The notes below the pieces were generated by a model that was given only the letters and a program-made list of their open reading frames with translations, searched no databases and had not been told where the DNA came from. Positions 20,531 to 31,473 of a stretch of 64,000 nt of DNA are shown in pieces. Position 1 is the first letter of the stretch. The number at the start of each line of letters is the position of its first letter. Both the position numbers and the translations under genes were made by a program. The stretch comes from Spirochaetia bacterium (GTDB lineage Bacteria > Spirochaetota > Spirochaetia > DSM-2461). The stretch is from assembly GCA_963666985.2 (NCBI GenBank), contig CAXXIA010000002.1, positions 1,760,001 through 1,824,000 on the forward strand. The letters run 5' to 3'.

Positions 20531-21760
20531 ATGTCAAAATATAAGAAACGAGACAAATACCAGCAGCTATATGAGTTTTTAAAAGCAAAAGAAAGCAGAT
20601 CCGAGTCATTCACTGTTGAAGAAATAATAACCGCGACAGGTTATCAAGAAGGATCCGTAAAGGCATATATTCGAAACAAGCTCAATAATGTTTATCTATT
20701 CTTAATAGATGATAGTCACTATCAAGTTTCAGGAATTGCATCAAAGACACCTGATGATTTTGAATCGATTATGTCGCAAAAAAGCGATTTGGTTGTGTCA
20801 GACTCAGAAAGCCTATTTACAAGCCTTAGGGATCGTAGTCTTCAAGCGTTTTATACTGCAATATCTGTATATAACAATCCCTTGCATGAATATAGGATAG
20901 AATCCTTTTGTATTCTTTTATCAAATGCATGGGAACTTTTACTCAAGGCTAGAATTGTTCAACTGGAAGGTGAAGATAAAATATACAAATCAAAAGGGAA
21001 GACAATTTCGTTAACAGAAGCCTATCGTAAAGTCTTTCCACGTTCATCTGATCCTATTCACAAAAACTTAGAAACACTTACCGAGATTCGAGATTCAGCA
21101 GTACATCTACTTATTCCGGATATTCAACATTCTTTATCTCGTATATTTCAAGCTAGCATTTTTAATTTTCTTTCAAAGGTAAGAGAATACAAATATCCAA
21201 ATAAGTACCATAGCGATTTACCAGGTCTCTTATCTTTTGTTACAGATAAACAAGACGTTCCTGAAAATGTAATACGTCTAAAGTATGGAACCTATGCAAG
21301 TGGACTAATAAAAGAATTTATTGAAAAGAATACCTCACGCGAATCCGAAGTTTCCGATATGCGTTATTCAATACCAATCGACTACAAGGTAGTTCTGACA
21401 AAAAGTGAAAAGGAAGGAGATTTATCTATCCGTATAGATAAGGATGGAGAACCCGCCATACTGGTAGAAAAACCCAAGGATGTTAATAAAACGCATCCCT
21501 ATCTTCAGAAAAATGTAATAGAAGCCGTGAATCAAGGTCTCGATGATGTCGGTCGGTCTCAATACCATCTCAACCGATATTCGTTTCGTGGAGCTCTCGA
21601 AGTTGAAAAAGTTAGGAGAACACAATCCAATAAATTCTATCATTTATTAGAAAATCCGGAAGTTCATAAGTACTCACAAGCATTTATAGATCTTCTTCTC
21701 CACAAACTTTCAAACAGTGATAGTTACCTACAGTTGTGTAAAAAAGCTTTGAAAAAATAG
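20531..21760 (+). CDS. DUF3644-type (HEPN-like) protein (cassette 3)
   Basis: YNNP...RIESFCILLSNAWELLLKA and RDSAVH (RxxxxH). Confidence 0.7.
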   Translation: MSKYKKRDKYQQLYEFLKAKESRSESFTVEEIITATGYQEGSVKAYIRNKLNNVYLFLIDDSHYQVSGIASKTPDDFESIMSQKSDLVVSDSESLFTSLRDRSLQAFYTAISVYNNPLHEYRIESFCILLSNAWELLLKARIVQLEGEDKIYKSKGKTISLTEAYRKVFPRSSDPIHKNLETLTEIRDSAVHLLIPDIQHSLSRIFQASIFNFLSKVREYKYPNKYHSDLPGLLSFVTDKQDVPENVIRLKYGTYASGLIKEFIEKNTSRESEVSDMRYSIPIDYKVVLTKSEKEGDLSIRIDKDGEPAILVEKPKDVNKTHPYLQKNVIEAVNQGLDDVGRSQYHLNRYSFRGALEVEKVRRTQSNKFYHLLENPEVHKYSQAFIDLLLHKLSNSDSYLQLCKKALKK

Positions 21761-21821
21761 AAGTGGCCTGAAAGTACATCCTTGTACTTTCAGGGAGACT
21801 TATCCATCTCGTCATTCCTGC

Positions 21822-22039
21822 AAATAACAGCTGTTGATGCGCTTCGAATACATTTGCAGGCAAATGTATTCTCCGGGCCTTCGGCCAAATTTCGTTTTGG
21901 CATGGCATCTTGCAGATGCGTTTTCGAAAGTGATGTGATACAGTCAAAGGAGAACATGGCATTGCGTTAGAAGGGCAAGAGCGCATGCCAACCGGCTTCG
22001 CCGGACACGAAACGTTCGCATAACAGCGGGCCGTTTGGC
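21822..22039 (+). repeat. attC: attC-like site 3 (type A)
   Basis: Conserved termini; variant first hairpin GAATACATTTGC/GCAAATGTATTC. Confidence 0.85.
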
Positions 22040-22096
22040 GAAATCTGTTTTAGAAAAATATTTTTTTGCCTCACCTTCCATGGTTCGGCTTTGTTC

Positions 22097-22381
22097 TCAC
22101 CTGTAGGCGCTACTTCGGGGTTCGAGAGAAATAATACTGACAATTCTAACGGCGTCATCGATTACATAGAAAAGTCTATAGTTACCAATTCGATACCGCC
22201 ACGTTTCTGGTTTCCAGTCTTTCAACTTTTTGATGTTTTTTCCGAAATAGGGGTTTTTGCGTAATTGGTCGTAGACCATGCCTGAAATCTTTCTGTATTG
22301 TGATGAACTTCCATTCATTCGTAGCTTTTTTAGATCTTTAAGAAATTGATCCGTTTCAAAAATTTTAAATCGTTCAGACAA
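22097..22381 (-). CDS. RelE/ParE family toxin (cassette 4)
   Basis: WRYRIGNYRLFY motif; overlaps antitoxin. Confidence 0.88.
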   Translation of the reverse strand: MSERFKIFETDQFLKDLKKLRMNGSSSQYRKISGMVYDQLRKNPYFGKNIKKLKDWKPETWRYRIGNYRLFYVIDDAVRIVSIISLEPRSSAYR

Positions 22382-22613
22382 ATCGACCTCTACCGTTCTT
22401 AGCGTCTTTGGTTCCCTGCTTCATTCGTTTTAAAAGGCTTTCATCAGAGAGGATGCTTTCCATTTCGAAATCGTCGGCATATTCAACCTCTTCGATGTAT
22501 CTCATTGTTGCAGTCTCGATAAAATTTGAAATCGAACGATTCTCAGCATCGGCATGGACTTTTAAGGAATCGTAGAGTTCTTCATCAATTCGTAGAGAAA
22601 CAGTTTTGGTCAT
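22374..22613 (-). CDS. Ribbon-helix-helix antitoxin (cassette 4)
   Basis: KTVSLRIDEELY...ENRSISNFI; acidic C-terminus. Confidence 0.85.
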   Translation of the reverse strand: MTKTVSLRIDEELYDSLKVHADAENRSISNFIETATMRYIEEVEYADDFEMESILSDESLLKRMKQGTKDAKNGRGRFV

Positions 22614-22755
22614 ATCATTATCCCCTCTATGAATACATTGTATTCATATGTGTTTAAATTAGTTCATAGCGTTATTGAAGTCAATAGGGCGATTTTAGAG
22701 GTCTCCCAAGTACATCCTTGTACTTGGAAGAGTGGTAAAACACCAAACAGACTTC

Positions 22756-23027
22756 GCCAAACAGCTGTTGATGCGCGGCGGCCGCTAATGGGATTAGCGG
22801 CCTTGGGCCGAGCGATGGAAAACCAAGAGCTTTTAAATTTCTGTTGAAGGGAAAAATCAAATTGGTTCGGCTCGGCCAAATTTCGCTTTGGCCATGGTTC
22901 TTGCAGATGCGTTTCTAAAAGTGGTGTGATAAGCTGAAGAGCGAACGGGCTTTCTGTTAAAGTGCAAGAACGCATGCCAACCGGCTTCGCCGGACGCGAA
23001 ACTTCGCATACCAGCGGAACGTTTAAC
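22756..23027 (+). repeat. attC: attC-like site 4 (type A with extra arm, 272 bp)
   Basis: Conserved termini; inserted GGCCGAGC...GCTCGGCC arm. Confidence 0.85.
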
Positions 23028-23155
23028 GAAAAAATCAGAAGGCCTTTTCCATGCCGCCTTTCTTGGTGCCATGAATAGGAATATTCAATTTCCTAAAAGA
23101 ATTAATGGTAATAATGTATAGTTAGTAATCCTGTAGTGATAACGAAGAGTAGAAA

Positions 23156-23860
23156 ATGGAAAACATAATCAAAATACTCGGTGAGCATCCAACTGCTGTT
23201 ATTGCAGATGCTGCTTTTAAGATTGGAGCAACAGTTCGTCTTCTTCCTTCAAATCTATACTCTCTTAAGCCAGATGCACGATTAATCGGTAAAGTTACAA
23301 CCGTTAAATGCAATAACGATTTGGTCTCTATTCTCGAGGGGCTTATGCGTGCAGAGAGTGGAGATGTTTTACTAATCGACAATAATGGTTTCTCAGGGGC
23401 AGGTTGTATCGGAGATGTCATCGTTTCGGAAGCTGTTCGTAAGAAAATCTCTGGGATTGTTGTCTATGGATCCATTAGAGATAGCCAGCAAATCTCTACG
23501 ATGGAAATTTCTGTGTTCTGTACTGGAAAATGTTCTGTTGGGCCATTGAAGCTACCTGGGCAGCAGTCGAAAAATGGTCTTGTTAACGTAGTCTTGGAAA
23601 TAGAGGGAACTTCTATAAAACCTGGAGATATTCTTATTGGCGATGTTGATGGTGTAATTGTTGTAGAAACCGATCGCCTTGATGAAATTATTAGCAAAGC
23701 AGAAGAAATTGAACATAAAGAAGAGACTTTAATGAAAAGAATCGAGTCAGGAGAAAGTCTTACAGACATATTTGGGGTTAAGAAGTTCTTAGAGAAAAGA
23801 GAAGGGGATCCAGAGTATTTATTCAATTCTCATTTGGCAGAACAGAATGAAACGATTTGA
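23156..23860 (+). CDS. RraA family protein (HMG aldolase-like) (cassette 5)
   Basis: GDVLLID, GCIGDV, GSIRD, PGDILIGDVDGV. Confidence 0.88.
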   Translation: MENIIKILGEHPTAVIADAAFKIGATVRLLPSNLYSLKPDARLIGKVTTVKCNNDLVSILEGLMRAESGDVLLIDNNGFSGAGCIGDVIVSEAVRKKISGIVVYGSIRDSQQISTMEISVFCTGKCSVGPLKLPGQQSKNGLVNVVLEIEGTSIKPGDILIGDVDGVIVVETDRLDEIISKAEEIEHKEETLMKRIESGESLTDIFGVKKFLEKREGDPEYLFNSHLAEQNETI

Positions 23861-23931
23861 TTCAGTGAAAGGTGAGCCAATAAGTGATTAGATAGAGGTA
23901 TTTTCTATTTGGCATTTTTAGGGATTTCTTC

Positions 23932-24208
23932 GTTAAACAGCTGTTGATGCGCGTCGGCCGCTAAAGGTGTTTAGCGGCCTTGGGCCGAGCGATGGGTATT
24001 GGTTAAGTTTTATTATTTTTGAAGAAGAAGAGAAAATCAGATTGAATCGGCTCGGCCAAATTTCGCTTTGTCATGGCTCTTGCAGATGCGTTTCCGAAAG
24101 TGATGTGATACCATCAAAGGCGAACAATGAATTGCTGTAGAAGAGCAAGAGCGCATGCCAACCGGCTTCGCCGGCCGCGAAACTTCGCATACCAGCGGGC
24201 CGTTAAAG
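23932..24208 (+). repeat. attC: attC-like site 5 (type A with extra arm, 277 bp)
   Basis: Conserved termini; extra GGCCGAGC/GCTCGGCC arm. Confidence 0.85.
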
Positions 24209-25047
24209 GAAATTCGGACGACGGAATAAAAAAGGTCTCTTTTTTGAGGGTTTTTTTCTGTGGCAGCCTCATTCCCTTCATTTGAACAAGTAACAAAAAC
24301 AGAATCCCTTTGAGTGTTCAGATTTTTTTAACAGGCCTTCCTTCTCTTTGAACGAAACAGGTCGTTTTCATACGGCTTTCTCCTCACCCCCCTCGCCTTT
24401 GAGATCATCTTCAAGAAAGAAACCAAAAGCATCGGAATAAAACTCGCTTCGGGATCAGAAGCACTTAGTGATAAGGCGGTCGGTTCGGGAGAACTTGTGT
24501 CGTGAAGGTTTATGGTTTTTAACGATTATGGGAATCGCTCATGAGAAAATCCTTATCCGTTGATGGCTATCGCTTCGGGAAATGAGGCGCTTCCGGTTTG
24601 ATCGGTTCGCGAGAAAAGGGGTGGTAGCCTGAGAAGAATGAAGGGATGGAGATGAGAAGAATGGAGATTGTTTTCTCCGTAGTTTTGCCTTTGAGAATAA
24701 GGCTGAATGCTTTAAGAGAATACCGGTGTAGAAGGAGAAGACGAACATTCGGATTTACAGAATCCGTCCTGAGAGAAAGAGGTCGGGAAAGGCGAATTGC
24801 ATCGGATGAAGGCCTGAGTAAAGTGATGAGGCGATGAAAGGGAGAATAGGGGTCAGTACGAGAGAATGGATAGAAATTCCGTTAAATGAGTAAAAAGCGG
24901 AAGAGGGAAGTCTGTAAAAGGATGAATGAAGAAAAGATGAGAAGGAGAAGGGCAAGAAGAATCGAAACAAAGGGTCCGGCAAAACGGCGAGGAGGGGTGA
25001 GGAGAAGGAGAGGTCTTTATAGATGCGTCGTCCGAACTTCCTTTAAC
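24203..25047. other. Gene-less cassette 6 (about 840 bp body)
   Basis: 22-bp terminal inverted repeat; only short low-complexity ORFs. Confidence 0.7.
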
Positions 25048-25248
25048 AGCTGTTGATGCGCTTCGGCCGCTAAAGGTGTTTAGCGGCCTGCGGGGCTTCG
25101 CCCAAATTTGCCTCTGTCATAGATTTTGCTTAAGTCTGTCGCTATGGTAAGATGAGTTGTAGTTAGCGGTTGATGTTGTGAAGATTCGCAAAATCTCCGC
25201 CAGTCGCTACGCGAACGGCAAACTTCGCATACCAGCGGGCCGTTATGT
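25041..25248 (+). repeat. attC: attC-like site 6 (type B)
   Basis: Conserved termini and arms. Confidence 0.85.
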
Positions 25249-25298
25249 GCTTTTTCGTTTTTCCAGTTAATAACATTAATTGCCATAAGGAGGGAGAA

Positions 25299-25751
25299 AT
25301 GGGCATCAATTATCAATTAAAAGCAGAAAAAGGCAAAATCGAAGATGAATTAAATTCCGCAATTAACAGGCTTATTTCTGGCTGCGAAAAGCTTGATATG
25401 GCTTTAGCTTTCGAAATCTTCTCAGATTCATCTGAGTTCTTGATGATGGGAACGGATGGAAGCCTTTGTGATTATCAGACTTACTTGAAAAACAATATCG
25501 ACTATTTATCCGGTTGTGAAAGTTTTAAGTTGATAACGTTTGATCGAAAAATACGAATCATAAACAGTGAGGTAGCCATCTTTTCATGGGCTTATGGGGT
25601 TGAGGCAAAATTAAGAACGGGAGATATTGATATTATTGATAATGCAGGAGCTTCTTTTGTCTTCCGAAAAATAGAGAATACATGGAAGGTTGTATATTAT
25701 CATGAGTCATCAGTACCTCCGAAAAGAAACTCTCCACCAAGAGAATCATGA
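25299..25751 (+). CDS. NTF2/SnoaL-like protein (cassette 7)
   Basis: C-terminal FVFRKIENTWKVVYYHES; AAGGAGG RBS. Confidence 0.8.
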   Translation: MGINYQLKAEKGKIEDELNSAINRLISGCEKLDMALAFEIFSDSSEFLMMGTDGSLCDYQTYLKNNIDYLSGCESFKLITFDRKIRIINSEVAIFSWAYGVEAKLRTGDIDIIDNAGASFVFRKIENTWKVVYYHESSVPPKRNSPPRES

Positions 25752-25845
25752 CGATTGAAATCCAAGTGTAAATAAGGGATTACACAGAACGTCGCGCAAG
25801 TATCGCTTTCTGTTGCTGTTTATAGTTATGTCGGAATCAGAATAT

Positions 25846-26334
25846 ATGGAAAATAAAATAGTAATAGATAAAAAAATCCAGCCGGGCGATTTGGGCTCTA
25901 TAGTGGAATTGCATGGCAAATATTACAGCAAGCATTTTGGCTATAACATAACCTTTGAACCATATGTTGCTTTACCTCTTGCGAAGTTTATACTTCGGGC
26001 CAGTGAGAATGAACAGATTTGGATAGTTCGACAAAACGGAATCGTTCGGGGGAGTATCGCTATTGCGAAGAAGAAAGCAAAAACTGCGCAGTTGAGATGG
26101 TTTATCCTTGATGGAAGTCTCCAAGGAAAAGGCATTGGAAATCAACTAATGAGATTCTCTATTGATTTTGCAAGAGAAAAAGGATTTTACAAGCTGATTC
26201 TCTGGACGGTAAGGGATCTAAAAAGTGCGATTCATCTGTACGAAAAGAATCTTTTTTTGCTTAAGAAAGAAGTTTCCCACAAGATTTGGGGGGTGGAATT
26301 GACGGAACAACTCTATGAATTGAAGTTGAAATAG
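25846..26334 (+). CDS. GNAT N-acetyltransferase (cassette 7)
   Basis: AQLRWF...QGKGIG, AIHLYEK. Confidence 0.88.
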   Translation: MENKIVIDKKIQPGDLGSIVELHGKYYSKHFGYNITFEPYVALPLAKFILRASENEQIWIVRQNGIVRGSIAIAKKKAKTAQLRWFILDGSLQGKGIGNQLMRFSIDFAREKGFYKLILWTVRDLKSAIHLYEKNLFLLKKEVSHKIWGVELTEQLYELKLK

Positions 26335-26400
26335 GGTTAATTCCGAATACTCTGTTTAAGAAGATGAACTCTCAATAAAGATAGATATGAGGGAAAAAGC

Positions 26401-26609
26401 ACATAACAGCTGTTGATGCGCTCCGGCCGCTAAATAGTGTTTAGCGGCCTTCGGGGCTTCGCCCAAATTTGCCTCTGTCACAGATTTTGCGAATGTCTGG
26501 TGTTGTGGTAAGATGATTTGCAGTTGACGGTTAATGTTGTGAAGAATCGCAAAATCTCTGCCAGTCGCTGCGCGAACGGCAAACTTCGCATACCAGCGGG
26601 CCGTTAAGT
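26401..26609 (+). repeat. attC: attC-like site 7 (type B)
   Basis: Conserved termini and arms. Confidence 0.85.
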
Positions 26610-26841
26610 GTATTATTGGAGGCATTTTGAAGAAATTATGGATTCTGTTTCTTTTTCCATTTCTTCTGGGATGTGTGACTCGTGCAGATGAAAAGTATAA
26701 AGGAACTATCTACGATCCTGGTATTGAGGAACCCATATCGTTGCATCCCTTTTACTTCTCACATGCACTTGCAGAGGCAATTTGGAATTCCCAGCTTTTG
26801 ATAGACACTGCTAAACTCAAAATGAGGAAGGAGTGTACATC

Positions 26842-27129
26842 ATGGGAAGTCCGCGATATTCGGACGAATTCAAGGCAGAAGCAGTCGGCCAGGTTGTTGA
26901 GCGGGGCTACTCCATCAAGGAAGTCTCTGAGCGTATAGGAGTCTCAACCCATAGCCTCTATAAGTGGCTGAAGGCCGATTCTCGAAATCCAAAAGCACCA
27001 GAATCGGCAAAAGCAAATAAGGAGCTTGAAGTCGAGAATGCCAGGCTGAAAGCAGAGCTGCGGCGGGTGCAGGAAGAGCGAGATATCTTAAAAAAAGCCG
27101 CGGCATACTTCGCGAGTCAGTCCGAGTAA
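26842..27129 (+). CDS. IS3-family transposase OrfA
   Basis: YSDEFKAEAV HTH; ILKKAAAYF. Confidence 0.9.
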   Translation: MGSPRYSDEFKAEAVGQVVERGYSIKEVSERIGVSTHSLYKWLKADSRNPKAPESAKANKELEVENARLKAELRRVQEERDILKKAAAYFASQSE

Positions 27130-27167
27130 GATATGCCTTCATCAAAAACTACAGGGCTGAATTCAGA

Positions 27168-27986
27168 GTGAAGACTATGTGCCGGGTTCTCGATGTCAAT
27201 CGAAGCGGATTCTATGCATGGTTGAGAAAACCTCAATCAGAGAGAAAGATTGAAGACATTCGGTTGTTGAAGAAGATTCGCCACTTCTACGAAGAAAGCG
27301 ATCAGGTCTACGGAAGTCCACGAATCCATGAGGATTTGATGGAAGACGGAGAATCCTGCAGCGTCCATCGAGTAGCCAGAATCATGCGAGAGCATGGTAT
27401 CAGGGCGATGGTCGGCTTCAAGATGCGTCGATTCAAGTATGGAAAACCGTCCCAGGCTGCCCCGAACCATCTCCAGCAGGACTTTAATGTAGAAGAACCC
27501 GATACTGCGTGGACAACGGATATTACCTATATTCGAACTCATGAAGGTTGGCTGTATCTCGCAGTTGTCATGGATCTTTATTCCAGGAGAATCATCGGCT
27601 GGTCCATGCAGAACACGCTTCATCGTGATCTGGTTATCCAGGCCTTACTGACAGCTGTTTGGAAGAGACGCCCGAAAAACAAAGTCCTTATCCATTCCGA
27701 TCAGGGCGGCCAATTTGACAGCGGTGACTGGATTAGATTCTGTCGTGACAACGGACTGAAGAGAAGTATGAGCCGTCGTGGAAACTGCTGGGACAATGCA
27801 GCCATGGAATCATTCTTTGGTAGTTTGAAGAAGGAACGGATTCGCCGGAAGACATATCGAACAAGGGATGAAGCACGGTCTGATGTGTTCGATTATATTG
27901 AAGCATTTTACAACCGGAAGCGTCGCCACAAGCATCTTGGCGGGATCTCTCCGGTTGAATTTGAAAAGGGTTCTATTGCAAGCTAG
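27168..27986 (+). CDS. IS3-family transposase OrfB (DDE)
   Basis: WTTDITY, HSDQG, DNAAMESFF. Confidence 0.92.
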   Translation: MKTMCRVLDVNRSGFYAWLRKPQSERKIEDIRLLKKIRHFYEESDQVYGSPRIHEDLMEDGESCSVHRVARIMREHGIRAMVGFKMRRFKYGKPSQAAPNHLQQDFNVEEPDTAWTTDITYIRTHEGWLYLAVVMDLYSRRIIGWSMQNTLHRDLVIQALLTAVWKRRPKNKVLIHSDQGGQFDSGDWIRFCRDNGLKRSMSRRGNCWDNAAMESFFGSLKKERIRRKTYRTRDEARSDVFDYIEAFYNRKRRHKHLGGISPVEFEKGSIAS

Positions 27987-28335
27987 AGGTGTCTATAGAA
28001 GTCTGGGAATTCCAATTCATCTTAATTTCAATTTTCCAGATGCGTTTACTACGAAAGATATTGCTGAGTTGTATGGAAGACTCTACTATCACGCGCAGAA
28101 TGTTGAGGGTGTAACTATCCAAATAGATTCATACCCAGAAAAGCGAAGTCTTTTTATTAATATGAAACCAATTGTAATAGAAAACTATAGGCAATTTGGT
28201 AAAAGAGATAAGCTTGAATCACTTGGATACTTCTTTTGGTTCAATGTTGAGCAAGATCGCACACTAAAAGGAAAATATGTACCAGTGAACCACCCCGGCT
28301 TTACCGGAGGCACAATTACTTGAGAGGATTGTGTC

Positions 28336-28656
28336 ATGGGAAAGCAAACAAGGTACCCCAAGGAAGTCCGGGAACAATCTGTCCGGATGGTGTTTGAGAA
28401 GCAGAAGGACAGCGAATCTCAGTGGTCGGCGATTTGTTCAATATCCGCTAAGATCGGCTGTACACCCGAAACACTCCGGAAATGGGTTCGGCAGGCAGAA
28501 ATCGATGAAGGGCAGCGGGATGGTCTAACCAGTGAAGAGCGTAAGCGTCTTAAAGAGCTGGAAAAGGAGAATCGAGAACTTCGTACTGCCAACGAAATTC
28601 TTCGAAAGGCCTCAGCGTATTTTGCCCAGGCGGAGCTCGACCGCCGAAAGAACTGA
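28336..28656 (+). CDS. IS3-family transposase OrfA
   Basis: KIGCTPETLRKWV; YFAQAELDRR. Confidence 0.9.
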   Translation: MGKQTRYPKEVREQSVRMVFEKQKDSESQWSAICSISAKIGCTPETLRKWVRQAEIDEGQRDGLTSEERKRLKELEKENRELRTANEILRKASAYFAQAELDRRKN

Positions 28657-29567
28657 TGGTCGGTTTTATCAATGAGAACCGGGAAGAATATGGAGTCGAG
28701 CCTATCTGCAAATCACTGCCGATTGCTCCGTCGACCTATCATCTACAAAAAGCAAGAGAAGCTGATCCTGAACTCGAACCTGATCGAACACGTCGAGACC
28801 GGTTTCTTAAAAATGAGATTCAGGAGATATGGGATGAGAACCGTAGAGTCTACGGCGCCAGGAAAGTCTGGAAGGTTCTTAGAAATGAGAAGCATCTCCA
28901 TGTAGCCAGGTGTACCGTCGAACGTCTTATGCGTTCTATGGGTCTCAGAGGCGTCATTCGGGGCAAGGGAACCAAGACCACCTTCCCGTCACCGAAAGAT
29001 GAAAGACCCGAGGATCTGGTTAACAGAGATTTCACAGCTTCCAAGCCGAATCGGCTTTGGGTTGCGGATTTCACCTACGTTTCCACCTGGCAGGGCTTCG
29101 TCTATGTTGCCTTCATCATTGATGTCTTCTCCCGGATGATCGTCGGTTGGCGAGCTAGCCGGTCGATGAAAACCGACTTTACTCTTGATGCGCTCAATCA
29201 GGCGCTTTGGGCCAGGGAAGTAGTCGACGGTCTGATTCATCACAGTGATCGTGGAAGGCAGTATCTTTCGTTTCGATATTCGGATCGATTGACAGAGGCC
29301 GGTATCGAGCCTTCGGTTGGGAGCAAAGGAGACTCGTACGATAACGCAATGGCTGAGACTATCAACGGTCTCTACAAAGCCGAAGTCATCCACCGGAGGA
29401 GCTCATGGCAGAGAATAGAACAGGTTGAATTGGAAACCCTGGACTGGGTGGACTGGTACAACAACCGCCGAATCATGGAGCCGCTTGGAGATATCCCCCC
29501 GGCGAAGTTTGAATCGATGTATTATGAACAGGAAGAATGTTCGGCAGTAGCTGCCGGACTCAACTAA
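28656..29567 (+). CDS. IS3-family transposase OrfB (DDE)
   Basis: WVADFTY, HHSDRG, YDNAMAETING. Confidence 0.92.
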   Translation: MVGFINENREEYGVEPICKSLPIAPSTYHLQKAREADPELEPDRTRRDRFLKNEIQEIWDENRRVYGARKVWKVLRNEKHLHVARCTVERLMRSMGLRGVIRGKGTKTTFPSPKDERPEDLVNRDFTASKPNRLWVADFTYVSTWQGFVYVAFIIDVFSRMIVGWRASRSMKTDFTLDALNQALWAREVVDGLIHHSDRGRQYLSFRYSDRLTEAGIEPSVGSKGDSYDNAMAETINGLYKAEVIHRRSSWQRIEQVELETLDWVDWYNNRRIMEPLGDIPPAKFESMYYEQEECSAVAAGLN

Positions 29568-30067
29568 AACAGCCTCCGGGAATCCCGGTGTGGTTCACAG
29601 AGATGTTTGCCCGAACAAATGTGATGACGGCAAATACTTCCTGCTATACGTATAAGTATTTAGAATCAGGTTCACTGTATCGGTATCGGTCTAATGTTGA
29701 TTATACGATTACTGAGTGGAATGACGATATGTTGAATGCTGAGAATTGCATATTTGATGGAATCCCCAATAATAATGAACTTGCTCTTAAGTATATAGCA
29801 ACCGCAATTAAAAGAGCTGAGGAGATACCGGAGTTACAAAGAGGAAGATATCTGTATATTGTTTTGTACGGTAAACTTCTAGAATGTGAGTATAATATTT
29901 TGGTTGGACAATTCGATGAAGCTAGAGAATTACTAGAAGAATCTATTCTTACATTTGAGGAAAATAGTGAAATTATACGCTATAAGGAAGTTATAAAAAA
30001 CTGTATTGAACACGCTGAGATCGTGTTATTGCTAACAGAATTTCTAATGCCATATTATCAATAATAC

Positions 30068-30279
30068 ACTTAACAGCTGTTGATGCGCTCCGGCCGCTAA
30101 AGGTGTTTAGCGGCCTTCGGGGCTCCGCCCAAATTTCGTTTTGGCGATGGCTCTTGCAGATGCGTTTTTAGAAGTTGTGTGATAAGTTGAAGAGCGAACA
30201 GGCTTTCTGCTAAAAGCAAGAGCACATGCCAACCGGCTACGCCGGACACGAAACTTCGCATACCAGCGGGCCGTTAGGT
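30068..30279 (+). repeat. attC: attC-like site 8 (type A)
   Basis: Conserved termini and arms. Confidence 0.85.
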
Positions 30280-30319
30280 GATTTGCAAATGAGATACAAT
30301 TAGATCAAAGGAGAGCGCC

Positions 30320-31456
30320 TTGGGCCCTGTAGTACTTCTGGATAAGTCTACCTACCAATGCCTCAGTTCTGATGAACTACTTTGTCTAGAAAGATACTAT
30401 TTCCTCAATTTGCCTCCAATACTCCTTTACGAAATAATTACAGATCTATCGAAAAAGTCTGGAAGAGATTCAGAAGAAGTTACTTCACGGCTTGCTGCAA
30501 AATTCACTCAAATGAGTAGTTACGCTAACGATGAGTATCGGATAGTACTCCGTTTATCACTTCTTGGAAGGCCGGTGCCAATGACACGTCAGGTTCTCAT
30601 TGCCGGTGGAGAGAAAATCAAAGACGAAGAAGGGAAGGTCGGGATTTTTCTAGATGAACCTCCTGAATTTAAGGCATTACGAGAATGGGAGAATAAAAAC
30701 TTTTCAGAGTTTGATAGAATCTTTGCAACAGCATTCAGAAAGTATAAAGATAGCTTCGATTTCGAATTGATTACGAAGAAAGATTCAGACTTCAAAAAAA
30801 TATGGAGCGAAGTCAATTCACTGGAAGATGCCCATGATAGCGCTGTTTTACATATTGATAACAAAGAGAATACAGCTCAGATGCTTGAATGGGCTATGTC
30901 GAGTATCAATCTCTCAAGCTTAGAGAAAAGTGCGGTTCGCAAACTGTGGAGTGTTAAAGGAAAACCGAATCTTTCTGACTTCTCACCTTATGCAAGATTT
31001 TGCATGATTGCGTCATTAACAGCGTTCATAGGAATCAGTAAAGGACTATTAGGCTCTAGGTCTTCAAACATGATAGATCTCGAATACCTTTATTATTTAC
31101 CTTTTTGCTCCATTTTTTCTTCAAATGACAAATTTCAACTACAACTAGCACCATTATTGATTGGAGATGATCAATACATCGTTTCGGGTGATGTTCTCAA
31201 AGATGATTTAGCAAAAATAATCACATATTTCTCAGGATTCACGAAAGAAGATCATGTTGCTTATCGAAAGCATAGAGGCAGCCACCCTCCTGAAATCGCA
31301 GACTCGTTTACTTTGAGTGTATGGGAGACGCTATGCTCGCCAGTAGATCCAGAGGCAGAAGAAAGGTTACAGAACACCCCACATGACGAGATTCTGAAGA
31401 AGATAAAGCCAATACTGGAAGCAATTAAGAAGCAAGAACAGAATCGGGGAAACTAG
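30320..31456 (+). CDS. Hypothetical protein, possibly PIN-like (cassette 9)
   Basis: 378-aa ORF with AAGGAG RBS; VLLDKS and IDLEYLYYLPFC..FSSND patterns. Confidence 0.65.
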   Translation: MGPVVLLDKSTYQCLSSDELLCLERYYFLNLPPILLYEIITDLSKKSGRDSEEVTSRLAAKFTQMSSYANDEYRIVLRLSLLGRPVPMTRQVLIAGGEKIKDEEGKVGIFLDEPPEFKALREWENKNFSEFDRIFATAFRKYKDSFDFELITKKDSDFKKIWSEVNSLEDAHDSAVLHIDNKENTAQMLEWAMSSINLSSLEKSAVRKLWSVKGKPNLSDFSPYARFCMIASLTAFIGISKGLLGSRSSNMIDLEYLYYLPFCSIFSSNDKFQLQLAPLLIGDDQYIVSGDVLKDDLAKIITYFSGFTKEDHVAYRKHRGSHPPEIADSFTLSVWETLCSPVDPEAEERLQNTPHDEILKKIKPILEAIKKQEQNRGN

Positions 31457-31473
31457 TTAAATACGAGCAAATC

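Larger units (their letters stand above)
26783..28014 (+). mobile_element. IS3-family insertion sequence (1232 bp)
   Basis: IRs TGGAATTCCCAG / CTGGGAATTCCA; 3-bp target duplication ATT; A7G frameshift motif 27090-27097. Confidence 0.93.
28286..29597 (+). mobile_element. IS3-family insertion sequence, IS51-like group (1312 bp)
   Basis: IRs TGAACCAC.CCGG / CCGG.GTGGTTCA; 3-bp target duplication CAG. Confidence 0.93.
26627..30064 (+). pseudogene. Lipoprotein gene (cassette 8) interrupted by two IS3-family elements
   Basis: Lipobox LLGC; joining 26627-26782, 28018-28285 and 29601-30064 restores an 888-bp frame (295 aa). Confidence 0.85.
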
